A stretch of DNA of 64,000 bases from Cyanophora paradoxa CCMP329 (taxonomy: Eukaryota > Plantae > Glaucophyta): the NCBI GenBank assembly GCA_004431415.1, contig QPMI01000409.1:186001-250000 (forward strand), given 5' to 3'. How positions within the stretch are numbered: position 1 is the stretch's first letter; each line of letters starts with the position of its first letter. Below the pieces are notes generated by a model. The model searched no databases, was not told the DNA's origin, and saw nothing but the letters and a program-made list of their open reading frames with translations. Below are positions 34,415 to 45,589 of the stretch, one piece after another. The translations under genes were made by a program, and so were the position numbers.

Positions 34415-36341
34415 CTGGTGCTCCCTGTAGGGCACCTTGGTATCGCGCTCGGTGCGGAGGCGGAAGAGCTGCTCGTCCACCGTCCCCTCCCCCATCAGCG
34501 CCTTCATGTGGTCCGCCAGGTTCTGCGCGCGGGCGGGCGGGCGACGGGAAGTGAGAGGCGGGCGGGGCTCGAGGCGGCGGCTGGCGCGGGGGGGCGCCTG
34601 CATGGGCGTGGCGCCGCCGAGGTCGTGGGACTGGTCGAGGGCGGCGCGGGCGCGCTGGGCGGCGCGCCGGGCCTCGACGAGCTGCAGCCAGAGCAGCCGC
34701 CGCTCCCGCTCCGCCCCGTCCCACGCCCCCGCCAGGTGCCTAAGCGACTCCAGCTCCTGGGCCGCCACGCCCTCCCCCGCCCCGCCCTGCGCCGCCCTCG
34801 AGCTCGCGCACGCCTCGCGCGCATCGAGCTCGCGCGCTCGAGCTCGGACCAGGTCCCGCTCCAGGAGGGCGGCGCTCGCGAGGGCCGACGAGACGCGCCG
34901 CGACGCATTCGACTCGCCGGCGCCCCCCGGCTGCGATGGCGACCGGCCCGTTCGGCCGCATCGAACTCGAATCTGATCCGAGGGGCGGACCTTCTCGAGG
35001 TCGTCCTGGTAGAGGCCGAGGTCGTGGAGGGCGCCTGACGCCGTCGTCTCCTTGTGGCTCATCTCTGCCCGCAAGACTCAAATTCGAATGCGCCTGCGCG
35101 GGGATCCGGAGGCGCGGGCGTCGCCGGACCGACGCGGGCCCTGGAGATCTCCTGGAGCGGGCCGATGGCGCGCGCGAGCGCCGCGGAGAGGTTCTGGAAG
35201 AAGCTCCCGATGCCGTGGAACTCGCTCTGCGGCGCCTCAGCCGCCCGCGAGGCATGAGGGGAAAGCGGACCGCGTACGCCTTCGAGGTCTCCGGCGTAAG
35301 GCTCGTTGGGCAGCCCCGGCTCGGCGCCCGCCGCGCCCGTGACCTGCAGGGGCGCCTCAGCAGATCTAGACCGAACGATGCGTTGAGGAGCGGGTGCTGG
35401 CGGACGGAGACGGCGATGCGTTCAGCGAGGGATGACTCGTTGGACTCCGGTTCCTCGTAGGCCGCGGAGGGCGAGCGCTCCTGATCATGTGATTTGATCG
35501 AGGGTTAAAATGAGAGGAGTTCCGATAAGCCGGTGTGAAGGCACCGGGTGGAGCAAGAAATCGTGCAGCTCGGCGCTCTGCCCGACTTCCGGATGCGCCA
35601 GGCACGCATCCAGCTCGTCCTGCACAGAAATCAGACGTCCGCGGGAGCTCGAGATCGAGAAGAGGTCTTTTCACAGCACCTGGAGTCTGTACGTCCAGCC
35701 GCTCACGACGACAGAGGGGAGGGGAAGGTCGGTCATGCCTGAGAGCGAGGTCGAACAACCGGTAAGAAGCAAGGCGAAAAAGCCGATAGGAAATTAAAAC
35801 ACACGCACTGGTGAGTTTCGGCAGCTCGTTGGGGTCGTGGAACGGAAGGAGCGCATGCGGGAATGCCTGCGTACGGCAAGATCAGCCTGGGCGTACGGCA
35901 AGATCATATGCTTGAGAAGGGCATTCAAGAGATATGCATAAGAATGTTATGTTCTGCTTGGAATACTAACATGAGGTTGAAAGTACGCGAGCGGCACGCC
36001 TTCCGGATGAGCCGCGCGAGAGTATGGAAGTCCTTCAGCGAGCGGGTGACGCGCTTCGGCTCGTTCAGGTCCTCGCTGCTCGTCTGCGGAACGCGATTAC
36101 GCCTGCGCGAGCGCGGGCCCTGCCGACGTCGACGACGCGCACCTCGATTTCGAAGAACAGGTCGCACTCTTGCATCGGCCGGACCTGCGCATGCGCGTTG
36201 GCATGAATTGAGTAGAGCGCATCTGAAAAGGAGAAGCGCGCGCGCGCGTACCACGGATTCGACAGTCCGCATGAAGGCGTTTTTGGAGTCCGCGACAGGA
36301 CAGATGACGTCCGTGTTCAGGATGCGCACCGTGAACGGCAT
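33928..36341 (-). CDS. PX (phox) domain + coiled-coil protein, sorting-nexin-like, multi-exon
   Basis: Spliced FFEIEV...VTRSLKDFHTLARLIRK/AFPHALLP...ACLAHPEVGQSAELHDFL fits the PX pattern; helical C-terminal exons follow. Confidence 0.6.
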
Positions 36342-36399
36342 GGCGGCGTCGGCGATCGAAAAAAGTTGACGGAAAAGCGTCGATCGAGATGCTGCAGCT

Positions 36400-36474
36400 T
36401 GTCGCGTGCGAGATTAGTGTGTCTAATCGTGCGCGCGGGAAGCCCGTGCGGAGTGCAAGCTCGGCAGGGCGGGG
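36400..36474 (-). repeat. Truncated 3' LTR (75 bp identical to the end of the 5' LTR)
   Basis: Exact match to 40698-40772; similarity stops at gggcgggg. Confidence 0.8.
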
Positions 36475-36750
36475 GGCTAAGCAGCTCGACTAGCGCCGCT
36501 GCTCAGGCAAACACCGTGCCTTCACTGCATTATCACGGCGTCGGATCGGGAATCCCCCGACGGCGGTGGAGCTAGAATCTCCAGGGCGAGGCTAGACGCC
36601 GCCCACAAGGTGCCCTTCCACGCCATTGCGCGACGGGAGGTACCCTGCCCGACCCGCGGGTGCACATCTATTAAAAGGGGACGTGGCCCTCTCAGGCGGC
36701 CCGCCACCAAGCGTCCCTGGTGCGGAGCCCTGCTGGGGGTATTTTTGCTT

Positions 36751-37130
36751 CCCCGTCGTCGTACCCGGGGCAGGAACCCGGCGTCACGACCGCCTGCGTG
36801 TACCCCTGCCGGCGCAAGGCGCGCCCTGGTACCACGCCAGGTCTTACATGGAGGGGAATTTGTCATCCCCTGTCGCTGTACCCGGGGCAGAACCCGGCGT
36901 CACAGCCGCCCACCGACCCTTCTGCAGACGCAAGGCGCGTCCTAGGGCTCGGCTAGGTCTTTGCAAGGGTCTCCCGCCCTGTCACCGCGCCGAGCTGTGC
37001 TCAAGGCTTACGGCCGCCCGCGGCTCATCCTTCCGCTCGGGACTTACTGAGGGACGCTTGCCCTGTCGCCGTGCCGAGCTGTGCTCAAGGCCCCGGCCGC
37101 CCGTGGCTCACCCTTTCTGCCCGGGACTTT
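36751..37130. ncRNA. Tandem array of four putative structured RNA modules (A1, A2, B1, B2) inside the retroelement
   Basis: Shared CCYGTC...CGCC and GGWCTT motifs; compensatory stem changes between copies. Confidence 0.5.
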
Positions 37131-38656
37131 CGCGATGTTTCGCGGGGCTCGGAGGCCCGTCTCAGCCCAACCCTTCACGGGTGGCCTCTTGTGCTCGCGC
37201 TGCTCGGAGGCAGGTATCGCCGCTTCTTGTCCTCGCCCTCGTGTGGGGCCGGGACGCGGCTGGGAGCCGGCTTTCTCAAGCCGCTCCTGGCCAGGACCAC
37301 CCCCCGTCACGACCGCCCTGGGGCCGGACCGGCCACATGCGAGACGGGACTCACAATCATGGGTGTCCTTCTGGCGCCGCCTCAACAGGCTGGCCGCCGG
37401 GTCTCAAAGCTCTTAGCTTGTGAGCAGGGCTCGCAGCCCGTCGCACCACTCGGCCTGCCGCAGTGCAGCCGCAGTGTGCCGCCTGGATGCCAACTCGTCG
37501 GGCAGTTCACCAGGTCTTTGGGCTGGGCACTGGGCCCCTCGCCCCGCTAACGTTCAGTCCGGATTTCGGAACAGACACGCGCGGCCTGGGCGCCAACTTG
37601 GCGGGCGTCACCAGGACTTGAGTTCAAAGAACTGCAAAGCTCATGGCAGAGCCTGCTATTGCCTGGCCGCTTCGGGGCGCGCCGGGACTTTATTTCAGGG
37701 CTCGAGCTCTCGAGGGCACCGTGTGCTCAAGCTCGGAGGCTCACGATTTTTGCAGGGGCTCACGGGCCGCCTGTCAAGCTCACGGCATGCCATCAGGCGC
37801 TTGCTGGCCGGGCGTCGTGCCTCAGGCATCGAGCTTCTCTTGAGAGTGTTTTCCGGGCTCAAGGCTCCGCGGATTACATCTCATTTTGCAGCGGCAGCTA
37901 GGCCGCTCGCAGGCCATGGCCAAGGGGCTCACAGCATTGGCTGCCGCGGGGGCCAGCTTCAGCTGGGGCTCAGGCTCAAGCTCTGACTGCAAAGCCTGAG
38001 GCCACTTTTCTGGATTTCGCAAGGCCCGTGGCCGCACTCAGCGATTGCAGTGCGCCGCGCGAAATCGCAGGCTTTCGACGAGAGAATCTCGGAGGTACTC
38101 CTCCTCTCGGAAAGACTGGTACCCGCTCGGGGTTTGAGATCAGATTTGGGCCACCGGCCACAGATCTAGATTGAGGCAAGCAGAAGTGCTCGCAATAGCG
38201 GCACCGGCGCCTCTTCGCAGCTTTGCAAAAGAGGTACTCCTCCTCTCGGAAAGAGGGGCACCCGTGGCCGCTCAGGGTGCTCGACAGCACTCGATTGAGG
38301 CTCTCTTTCGCGAGTGCTATTTGATCTTGGCTATTTGATCTTGGCCAGCGGCCACAGATCCAGGCAAGCCTCGGGGCGGGAGGGCGAGCGGCAGCGCTTG
38401 CACTGCTCGTGCAGCATGCCCGTGCTCACTCCTCCTCTCGGAAGACGTCGTCCCCGACGTCTGAAATTATGTACAAATGTACAAATATACACCCTGCTCA
38501 GAGGCAGGTATATTGGCCGCTTATTACAGCGACACACGGGGCTCTCGCAGGGGATCGGAGGCCCAGGCTCCGCGAAAAATCGGATCGCGGTTACAGCAGG
38601 GCTTTTTCTGGCGGCTGCCCAAGCCAGCCAGACCCTAGTGCAGCTGGTGCACTTGC

Positions 38657-40221
38657 TCACTCACGCTCCACCGCAGGGCGCGCGGGTGGAGCCGCTGAGC
38701 TCGAGGGCACGGGAAGCGCGGGGCGAGCAGCCCGTGTAGGGGGGTCGGAGCAAGCACTGTGGTGGTGCCCTGCCTCGCCGCAGCGACCGCAGACTTCGTC
38801 TGGGTCCTGTTTTCCCTCGTCGGACCAGTACTCTTGCTCATCGGCGGCATCCTCTTGGGAGCGCTTTTGCCGATAGTACTGGCCGCGGCGGACCCAGGGC
38901 GTACTGGGGCGAACGGGGTGCGCTTGGGGCACACATTTGCCCAATGACGCCGCGCCTCAACGGGGACGCTGGGGTCATCCGAGCACCCGTAGCAGTCTGA
39001 GGGGGGGTACTCCGGGTACCCGAGCTCAGACATGCGCCGCAGCACCTCCGCAACAGCGGCAGGCGAGCGGGACTGCACGGCCCAAGAGGACCCGCGTGCA
39101 GAAATTGAGGGCTGGGCCCTGGAATTTGCATCCCGAGGCTCAGCAGGGCCAGGGGAGCTCGAGGCTCGTGCAGCGGCAGGGGTGCCGGCTGACGAGGACT
39201 CATCCTCGGCAAACTGTGCCTGCAGGATACGGGTCCGTTTTGCCTCGGGCAGCTCGCGATCGGCAGCTGCCAGCGCAGGCGGGAACACGGTGCAGCAGCC
39301 GTGGCGCTTGCACTGCTCGACGAAAATATTGTCAAGCTCAAGCGGCGAGATAGCGCCGTTATTGGCGAGGAGGCGCTGCCGCAGCGCCGTGAGGAACTCG
39401 CGCAGCGTGCGCTCGTTCGCCTGGGCGAACCCGGCCATCCGAACATCAAGGTTCTGATATTCAGGGTCCTCGCTCGTCGAGCGGGCCTCGAGCGCGGTGC
39501 GCAGGCAGTCCGCGTAGTACGCAGCAAACTGCTGGCCCGGCGGCAGCGTGTGCCGTACGAGGGGCAAGAACCAGTCATGCCACGAGCGGGGGTCCTCGCC
39601 CGTGTACGGCTCAGTGAGAGCCCGGCGGGCCGCGTGCGGGCGGGTCTCATGAATCCACGCAGTGATCGTGTCAAGCAGCCCGGGGGCACGCAAGTACGAG
39701 TCGCGCACGGCCAGGATTGAGGCCTGATCACGCACGCAGCTCTGCTGCAGCGCGAGGATAGCAGCATCATCCTCGGCGGACCGCAGGTCTGCCGGGACAG
39801 CCTCGAGACGAGCGAGCCTGGCGCGGTCATGCTCGAGGGCAGTGACAGAGGCCTCATAGAGGTCGCGCTTGCGCTCAATCTCAGCGCGGAGAGCTCCGGG
39901 GCGGATCCGCCCGACAATCACTCCGGCGAGCGCCTCTGACTTTGAGTACTCTTGGCTACCGGCAGAATCCGGTCCAAACAAGTACTTCGTCGGCAGGGAC
40001 GACTGGAAGTTCCGCACGTCCTTCCGGAACCGGTCGCCATCGGCGAGGCGCGGATTTGCAGGCAGGAATGCGATCCGCACGGGATCATCATCCGCCGCAG
40101 CGGAGCCAGCAGCGAGTTGCTGCACATGCACAGCAGCATAGCCCTGGGCGGGCTCGATGTGCGCGAGGGCAGACAGCCGGCTACGGACTTCAGAACTGAT
40201 CAGTTCAGAAGTGTTCGACAT
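38657..40221 (-). CDS. gag: Gag-like protein with zinc knuckles (second knuckle in the -1 frame)
   Basis: ATG at 40221 (MSNTSELISS); PYTGED-like capsid motif; CYGC-X12-H-X4-C; canonical CGRCGEAGHHHSAC in ORF 38657-38944. Confidence 0.7.
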
Positions 40222-40672
40222 ATTGCTCTCTTTGCAGCGTATAGCCACGAGAACAGAATGCCAGGGCGCAAGATTTGATCTGCAGCGCACTGCAGATCCG
40301 GGACACGGTCTTCTCGTGGCGTGCGAGAACCGACTCAGGGACACTCAGAGAACTGCCGCTGGCAGACTCCGGGGCACAGTTTGCGACGCGAAGCGTGCAA
40401 CCGGCGAAGGGACACAGACAATGATTGAGACTCTCGCGAGAGCTCGTGCGTGCGCTTCGGTCTGGGGATGCACCGAAGCCCGCGAGGGACACTAGAGTCA
40501 CTTCCGAAGCACAATCAGCCCGCCCAGAGGCGACGCGGCCGAAGTGTGCAGCGTAGCACGCCACAAGTGGCGGTCGCCCGGAAAGCTCGTCCCAGATCTC
40601 TCTAAGCTTATGCGAGGCGGCGCGGCGAGGCGCGCGGCGCGGGCAGAGCCTGGAAGTCCAGCGACCCTTGAA

Positions 40673-40697
40673 GGTTCGATTCCGGCAGAATGGCGCC
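40673..40697 (-). other. tRNA primer-binding-site-like sequence
   Basis: Directly after the LTR's CA on the minus strand: GGCGCCATTCTGCCGGAATCGAACC, complementary to a tRNA-like 3' end including GGTTCGATTCC. Confidence 0.7.
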
Positions 40698-40978
40698 TGT
40701 CGCGTGCGAGATTAGTGTGTCTAATCGTGCGCGCGGGAAGCCCGTGCGGAGTGCAAGCTCGGCAGGGCGGGGAATGGCGAGTGTCGCTGCTGTAGTCGCT
40801 AAGATCCAACTCACTGGGTGTACCCGTCCAGATACGGCGTACCCCGACACAAATACAAGTGACCGCGGCGCTCTAACTAGCCTAGGCGCCGTCGGTCCAG
40901 CAGCTCGAAGGCTGACGTGATCTAGAGCCCTAGCGGCTCACATATAAATGAGCATCCGCTATAATGTCGGATGCGACA
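40698..40978 (-). repeat. 5' LTR (281 bp)
   Basis: Bounded by tgtcgc...gcgaca; 40698-40772 is identical to 36400-36474. Confidence 0.8.
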
Positions 40979-41405
40979 CAGCTGATCCGTGGGCTGGAGA
41001 AAATCGAGCGAACCTCGGATCGAGGGGATCGAGGCTGGGAGGGGAGATCGATATATATACGCCGCATGCGCAGGTTTCGGAACGGAAGCTTTAGGAGAGC
41101 TGGATCTAGAGAAAAATATTTGCAATTGGGCAATTCGCAATACGACTGAAGGGGGAAACTTCTATGTCCCGGCCGAGCCGCTGGAAACAGCGAAGCGTGG
41201 GGAGGGGGGCAACCCCCTCCCTGCTTGGCCGGACCTATCCGAGCAATTTTCTTTGAAAGGGGAAACTTCGAGAAACTCGCATTGAATTAAAGAGGCGGGA
41301 ACAGAGAAAGACTGGCAAAGGCATAGAGGGGGCGAAAACTCGAGAGGAGGGGGGGGGGGGGGGGGGGGTAGGAGCAGAGAGGGGGAACGGTGCGGGGGCC
41401 TACAG

Positions 41406-43260
41406 CTAGGGGAGCCAGCCGGAGCCCCAGGCGCGGAACAGGCCCATCGCCTCGTTGAAAGCGTCCAGCCACAGCTGCGGGGGGTACGTGAGGCCCAAGC
41501 GCAGCAGAGGGGGGTACGTTGCCCCCTCACCTGCGCCCAGGGCACGAGGTTCGGGTCCTCCCTGCGGGCGGCGCGCGGCGGGTCGCCTAGGGGGAGGGAG
41601 GGGGCTGGCGGGGGGTGCGCGGGCGCGGACCAGGTGGAGGCGTGCCAGGGCTTGGTGACGGCGTAGTGGAGGATGCGGGCGGAGGCTGGGGAGAGGAGGA
41701 AGGAGCGCGCGTCCCCGTCCCCCCACGAGCGCACCACTGAGAGCACCGACCGCGAGTCACTGAGCAGGTCGCCGAGGGGGGCCTGGGGGGCCGGCGGGCG
41801 GGCGGGCGGGCGGGGCGCGCCGAACGGCATCACGTTGTAGGAGGGGGGGAGGACCGTGAAGCGCGTGCCGTAGTAGCGGATGAACATCGCCTGCCGCGGC
41901 GTCAGGGAGGGGTGCGGGCACGGGGAGCTGGGGGGTACGGGCCTGGTCGTAGGGCCCGATGAAGGCGTTCTCGCGGGGCCGGTCGCAGCTGGAGGCGTAG
42001 TGCCACCAGGGGCGCGGCTGCGGGGGCGGGCCCCTCGGGCCGGGGGCGGCGAGCAGGGGCGGGCGGCGTGCACCTGGGGGGCCCAGATCCCCCTCTTCTC
42101 GTCCCACGTGCGCGCCATCTCCACCAGCGCCCTTCCCCGGCGTCAGCACGGGGGGGGGGGGGGGTGCGGGGGGTACAGGGCACCGGTAATCGTCGACGTC
42201 GGGGCGGAGGACGAGCACGTCGCCGTTCACCACCGTGCCTGCCTCGCTCATGTCCCACACGTACCCGTCCACCGCCCTGCGGCACGTCGCCCCGGCTCAG
42301 CGGGGGGTACATGAGGGGGAGGGGGGTACGGGCGGGGCACCCGCAGGGGGGGAGGCACTGGAAGAGGCGGTCGGAGCGGCGGAGGAGGAGCGTGTCGGCG
42401 CCGAGGTACACGACCCGGCGGAACCGCGTCATCTCCAGGATCCGCAGCTGCGCGAACGCGCCCCGCCGCGCTCGATCGGGGGGAGCTCGGAGGAAAGGGG
42501 GAAGCGGGGGGGAGGCCCGACCTTCGTGAAGCTGTCCGTCAGGTACGTCTCCGGCCCCTCGATCTTCACCCGCTCCACCTGCGCAGGGCCGGCGATGTGG
42601 GCGGGAGGGCGGGGAGGAGGCCGGGCCCGGGCACCGGCTCGACGATGTCGTAGAGCGCGCGCAGGTGGGAGAGGTAGTCCGGCGGCACGCCCTCCGTGAC
42701 AAGGCAGAGGAGCTTGTGGCGCGTACCCGTGCGCAGAATCGAGTACCCCAGGACGAGCGCCGCGTGCGCGAACTCCCTGTTCGTCGCCAGCGTCACCCAC
42801 ACTCCGTGCGCTGCGAATTCAAACCCTGTGAGCCGCGCCGCTTCGCATCAGACCCGAAAGGAGACGCGCACTCTCGGTCCTGTTGCTGCACCCGAGGCCG
42901 GGGATGCACATGCTGCGGTACAGCGGCAGGTTCTGCGCTCGCGAGGCGCCCGCGCCGTTCGAGCTCGAACCGCGAGCGGCGCCCGCACGCGAGCGCACCT
43001 GGAGCGCTATGGCTGTGAAGTTTGCATCGAATCCCTTCGCGGGCGTGCTGCTGCCCTCGAGAGGCAGACCCGCGCCGGCATCGCCAGTCTCCGACCCCGG
43101 GTCATCGCCCGCCGCTGCCAAGAGGGCGGAAGCTGCGCGCGAGTGCGTACTTCAGCGAGCGCGAAACTGCCGGCGTCAGTGGGGGGCACCGAGCAGCACG
43201 GCGAGGACGGCGAGGACCGCGAGGCGCGCGGCGGCCGGGCCGCCGCGGCTCCACGCGGCC
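41406..43260 (-). CDS. Glycosyltransferase family 8 (glycogenin/PGSIP-like), multi-exon; start uncertain
   Basis: WVTLATN...ALVLGYSI; FTK/LRILEMTRFRRVVYLGAD; VNGDVLVLRP; GPYDQ; LPPSYN; ILHYAVTKPW; hydrophobic N-terminal segment. Confidence 0.85.
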
Positions 43261-43437
43261 AGCCTGGCGCCCTTCACAACGCGCGAAGCTAGCTACGCGC
43301 GCTCAGCTATGCGAGAGAGCTCGGCGGACTGGCTTGGCGCGTGATTCGTGTAGCCCCCTTCCGAGCTGTGACGAAAGGCGTTCTGAGAGGGCAGTTCTGC
43401 TCATACAGTTAGCCGAAAGCAACTAACGCTCTCCAAG

Positions 43438-45165
43438 ATGGCGTTCGTCGGTGGTGTCACTCCCGCTCAGCTGTGCTCGCGGAGCAGCGGGTTCCTGTCG
43501 TCTGCCGAGAAGGCAACTCGCATCGCCTCTGCGGGTCACATGCGGAAGGCTCGGGGGGCAAAGTTCTCGGTCTCTGCAGTCACGATCAACCCTGCCCCGT
43601 CCAAGGCGGAGGAGAAGCGCGGGCGCGTCCTCCAGAGCTTCTTCAACAAGTCCGAGGGTGAGTTTTAAGCCTTCCCATTCGTGTACACGCGGTCTGAGGC
43701 CCGGGCTCGAAGAGCTCTACCTCATCCGGTCCCCTACCGCCAAAAAGGTCCTGGACGCGCTCGCCAAGGTCGGCGAGAGGCCTCGGAATGACCACATCGC
43801 CTTCCGCTCGTTCGGCTACAAGTGCGCGGCGCTCTGCGTCTTTGGGAGCCACCGTGACGCCGATTCTTGATCAGTGGGCTCGGCATCACCGCGCTCGAGG
43901 AGCTCTTTTTGGAGGCAGGGTTCAAGGTACGATCCTGGATCGTGCGTCAATTTCGCGGTGACGCGCGCCCATGACCCGCCCCCCTCGCAGCGGATGGAGC
44001 AGCTCTACTTCCCGGACAAGCACCTCCGGGCCCACTGGTGCGCTGGCTCGCGCGCAGGCCGAGCCCTCAGCTCAGCGACGACGCTGCGGTGCGCAGGTAC
44101 AAGCCGCCGCAGCCCGAGCAGGAGCGGGTGCGTCCCCAGGCAGCGGCGGCGGGCGCGATATCGATCAAATCGCTCGCCTGAGCTCGGCCGGAGCAGGTGT
44201 TCATCTCCGAGCTGATCATCGACGAGCTCTCGGCCAAGGCCCAGGGGATCATCAAGGTCCGGCGTCTCCCGCCCGCTCGTCCCCCGCGGCGGCTGGAAGT
44301 CGAGCTGACCGCGACGCGTGGGCATGGGCAGAGGTACCTGGACGAGGCGGACCCGGCGGCGCGCAAGTTCGGCATCCTCTCCTCCCTCATGGAGGAGCGC
44401 CCGTGGCCGACGCCCTCGGCGGCGGACTTCGACGCCCTCGCCGCCGAGAGCGAGTACGCCTCCTGGACCCTCATGAACGCCTACGGTGCGCCCCGCGCCC
44501 CGCGCGCGCGGCGCGGCGCCTGCTGCGCCAGCGGGGCGGGCGCCGGGGCCGACGTGGGCGGGGCGGGCAGCGTTCAACCACGTGACGGTGGCCATCCACG
44601 ACCTGAAGGAGCTCAACACCATCGAGAAGCTCAACCAGTTCCTCAAGGACTCGGGTGCGGCGCCCCCTCCCCCAGACCCCCGCCCCCTCGCCCTCCTCAC
44701 AGCGCGCAGGCTTCCTGCTGAACAACGCCGGCGGGGAGTTCAAGACGAGCCCGGACGGGCTCCTCCGCCAGAGCTCCACCGTCGCCGACAAGGTGCCAGC
44801 GCCCCGGCCCGCTCCAGAGGAGGGAGGGAGGAGAGGGAGGGGGCGGCCTGGGAGCTCGGCGGGTGACGGCGGCGCGCCCCGGCCCAGGTTCGGGTGGCGT
44901 TCGCGGACGGGACGGCGCGGGAGATCCCCGGCTCCTACATCGAGTTCGCCGAGCGCCTCGTCCTCCCCCAGGCCCGCCCCGCCCCCGCCCTGTCCCCGCC
45001 CCGCCCCGGCACCCGCACCGGGCGAGGCGGCAGGGGGCGCACGCGCAGTTCGCGCACCTGGCGGCGTCGGAGGTGCGGGAGGAGCACCGGCGGGACGGCT
45101 TCGAGGTCGCCAACGCCGACAAGATCTTCGAGTCCACCTACGACGAGCAGATCAAGCGCAAGTAG
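43438..45165 (+). CDS. HGLS: DUF1338 protein, 2-oxoadipate dioxygenase/decarboxylase (hydroxyglutarate synthase, FLO7-like), plastid-targeted
   Basis: NDHIAFRSFG, VFISEL, ESEYASWTL, FNHVTV, SPDGLLRQSSTVAD, GSYIEFAER, RRDGFEVANADKIFEST; MAFV transit peptide. Confidence 0.93.
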
Positions 45166-45589
45166 CCGCCCTGGCGCTGGCGCAGGGTGCGAGGAGGCGC
45201 CAGGGGGCGGCCCGGCGGCGGCGCGCGCCCCGTCCGTCCACCGCGCGGCGCCGATTTATGTGTACAGGGTAGCTCCAGCGGATAGGCTTACTTCACCCTC
45301 TCGCGTGTACAGTCTTTCCTTCTTTTCGCCGTAGTTCAGATTCGTTGCTCAGCAGCGGCGCGTGGCTGGAGCGTTCGAGGATTTTTCGGTGGAGAGTCGT
45401 GCAGCTTTCTTTCTCTGGACTTCTCTTTCTCTTCGCCCTCGGCTCGCTCTTTCGTGGCCGCCTGCAGTTTTCCGCATATGCGATGGCTTGCAATTGAGCC
45501 TCCTCGACGTATCGCATTTGTCCTTGCATTGGTAGTCGACGTCTACATTTCCTATTCCCCGCATGCATGTGTTAGCTTCGTTCGAATCA

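Larger units (their letters stand above)
36400..40978 (-). mobile_element. Non-autonomous gag-only LTR retrotransposon (TR-GAG-like) with a 5-bp TSD CAGCT
   Basis: TG...CA termini with a 14/18 imperfect inverted repeat; cagct at 36395-36399 and 40979-40983; 75-bp direct repeat; PBS-like site; gag ORF; no RT, RNase H or integrase motifs seen. Confidence 0.85.

Noticed and set aside
36751-37130. CRISPR array or known ribozyme
   Set aside because: No identical repeats with unique spacers and no cas genes; catalytic-core consensus of hammerhead, HDV and twister not found by eye.
40673-40697. tRNA gene
   Set aside because: Only the T-loop and 3' end are present, with no D or anticodon arm; better explained as a PBS.
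40899-40905. Alternative element end with a 6-bp TSD GCAGCT
   Set aside because: The 40978 end has both a 5-bp TSD and a 14/18 terminal inverted repeat, which fits better.
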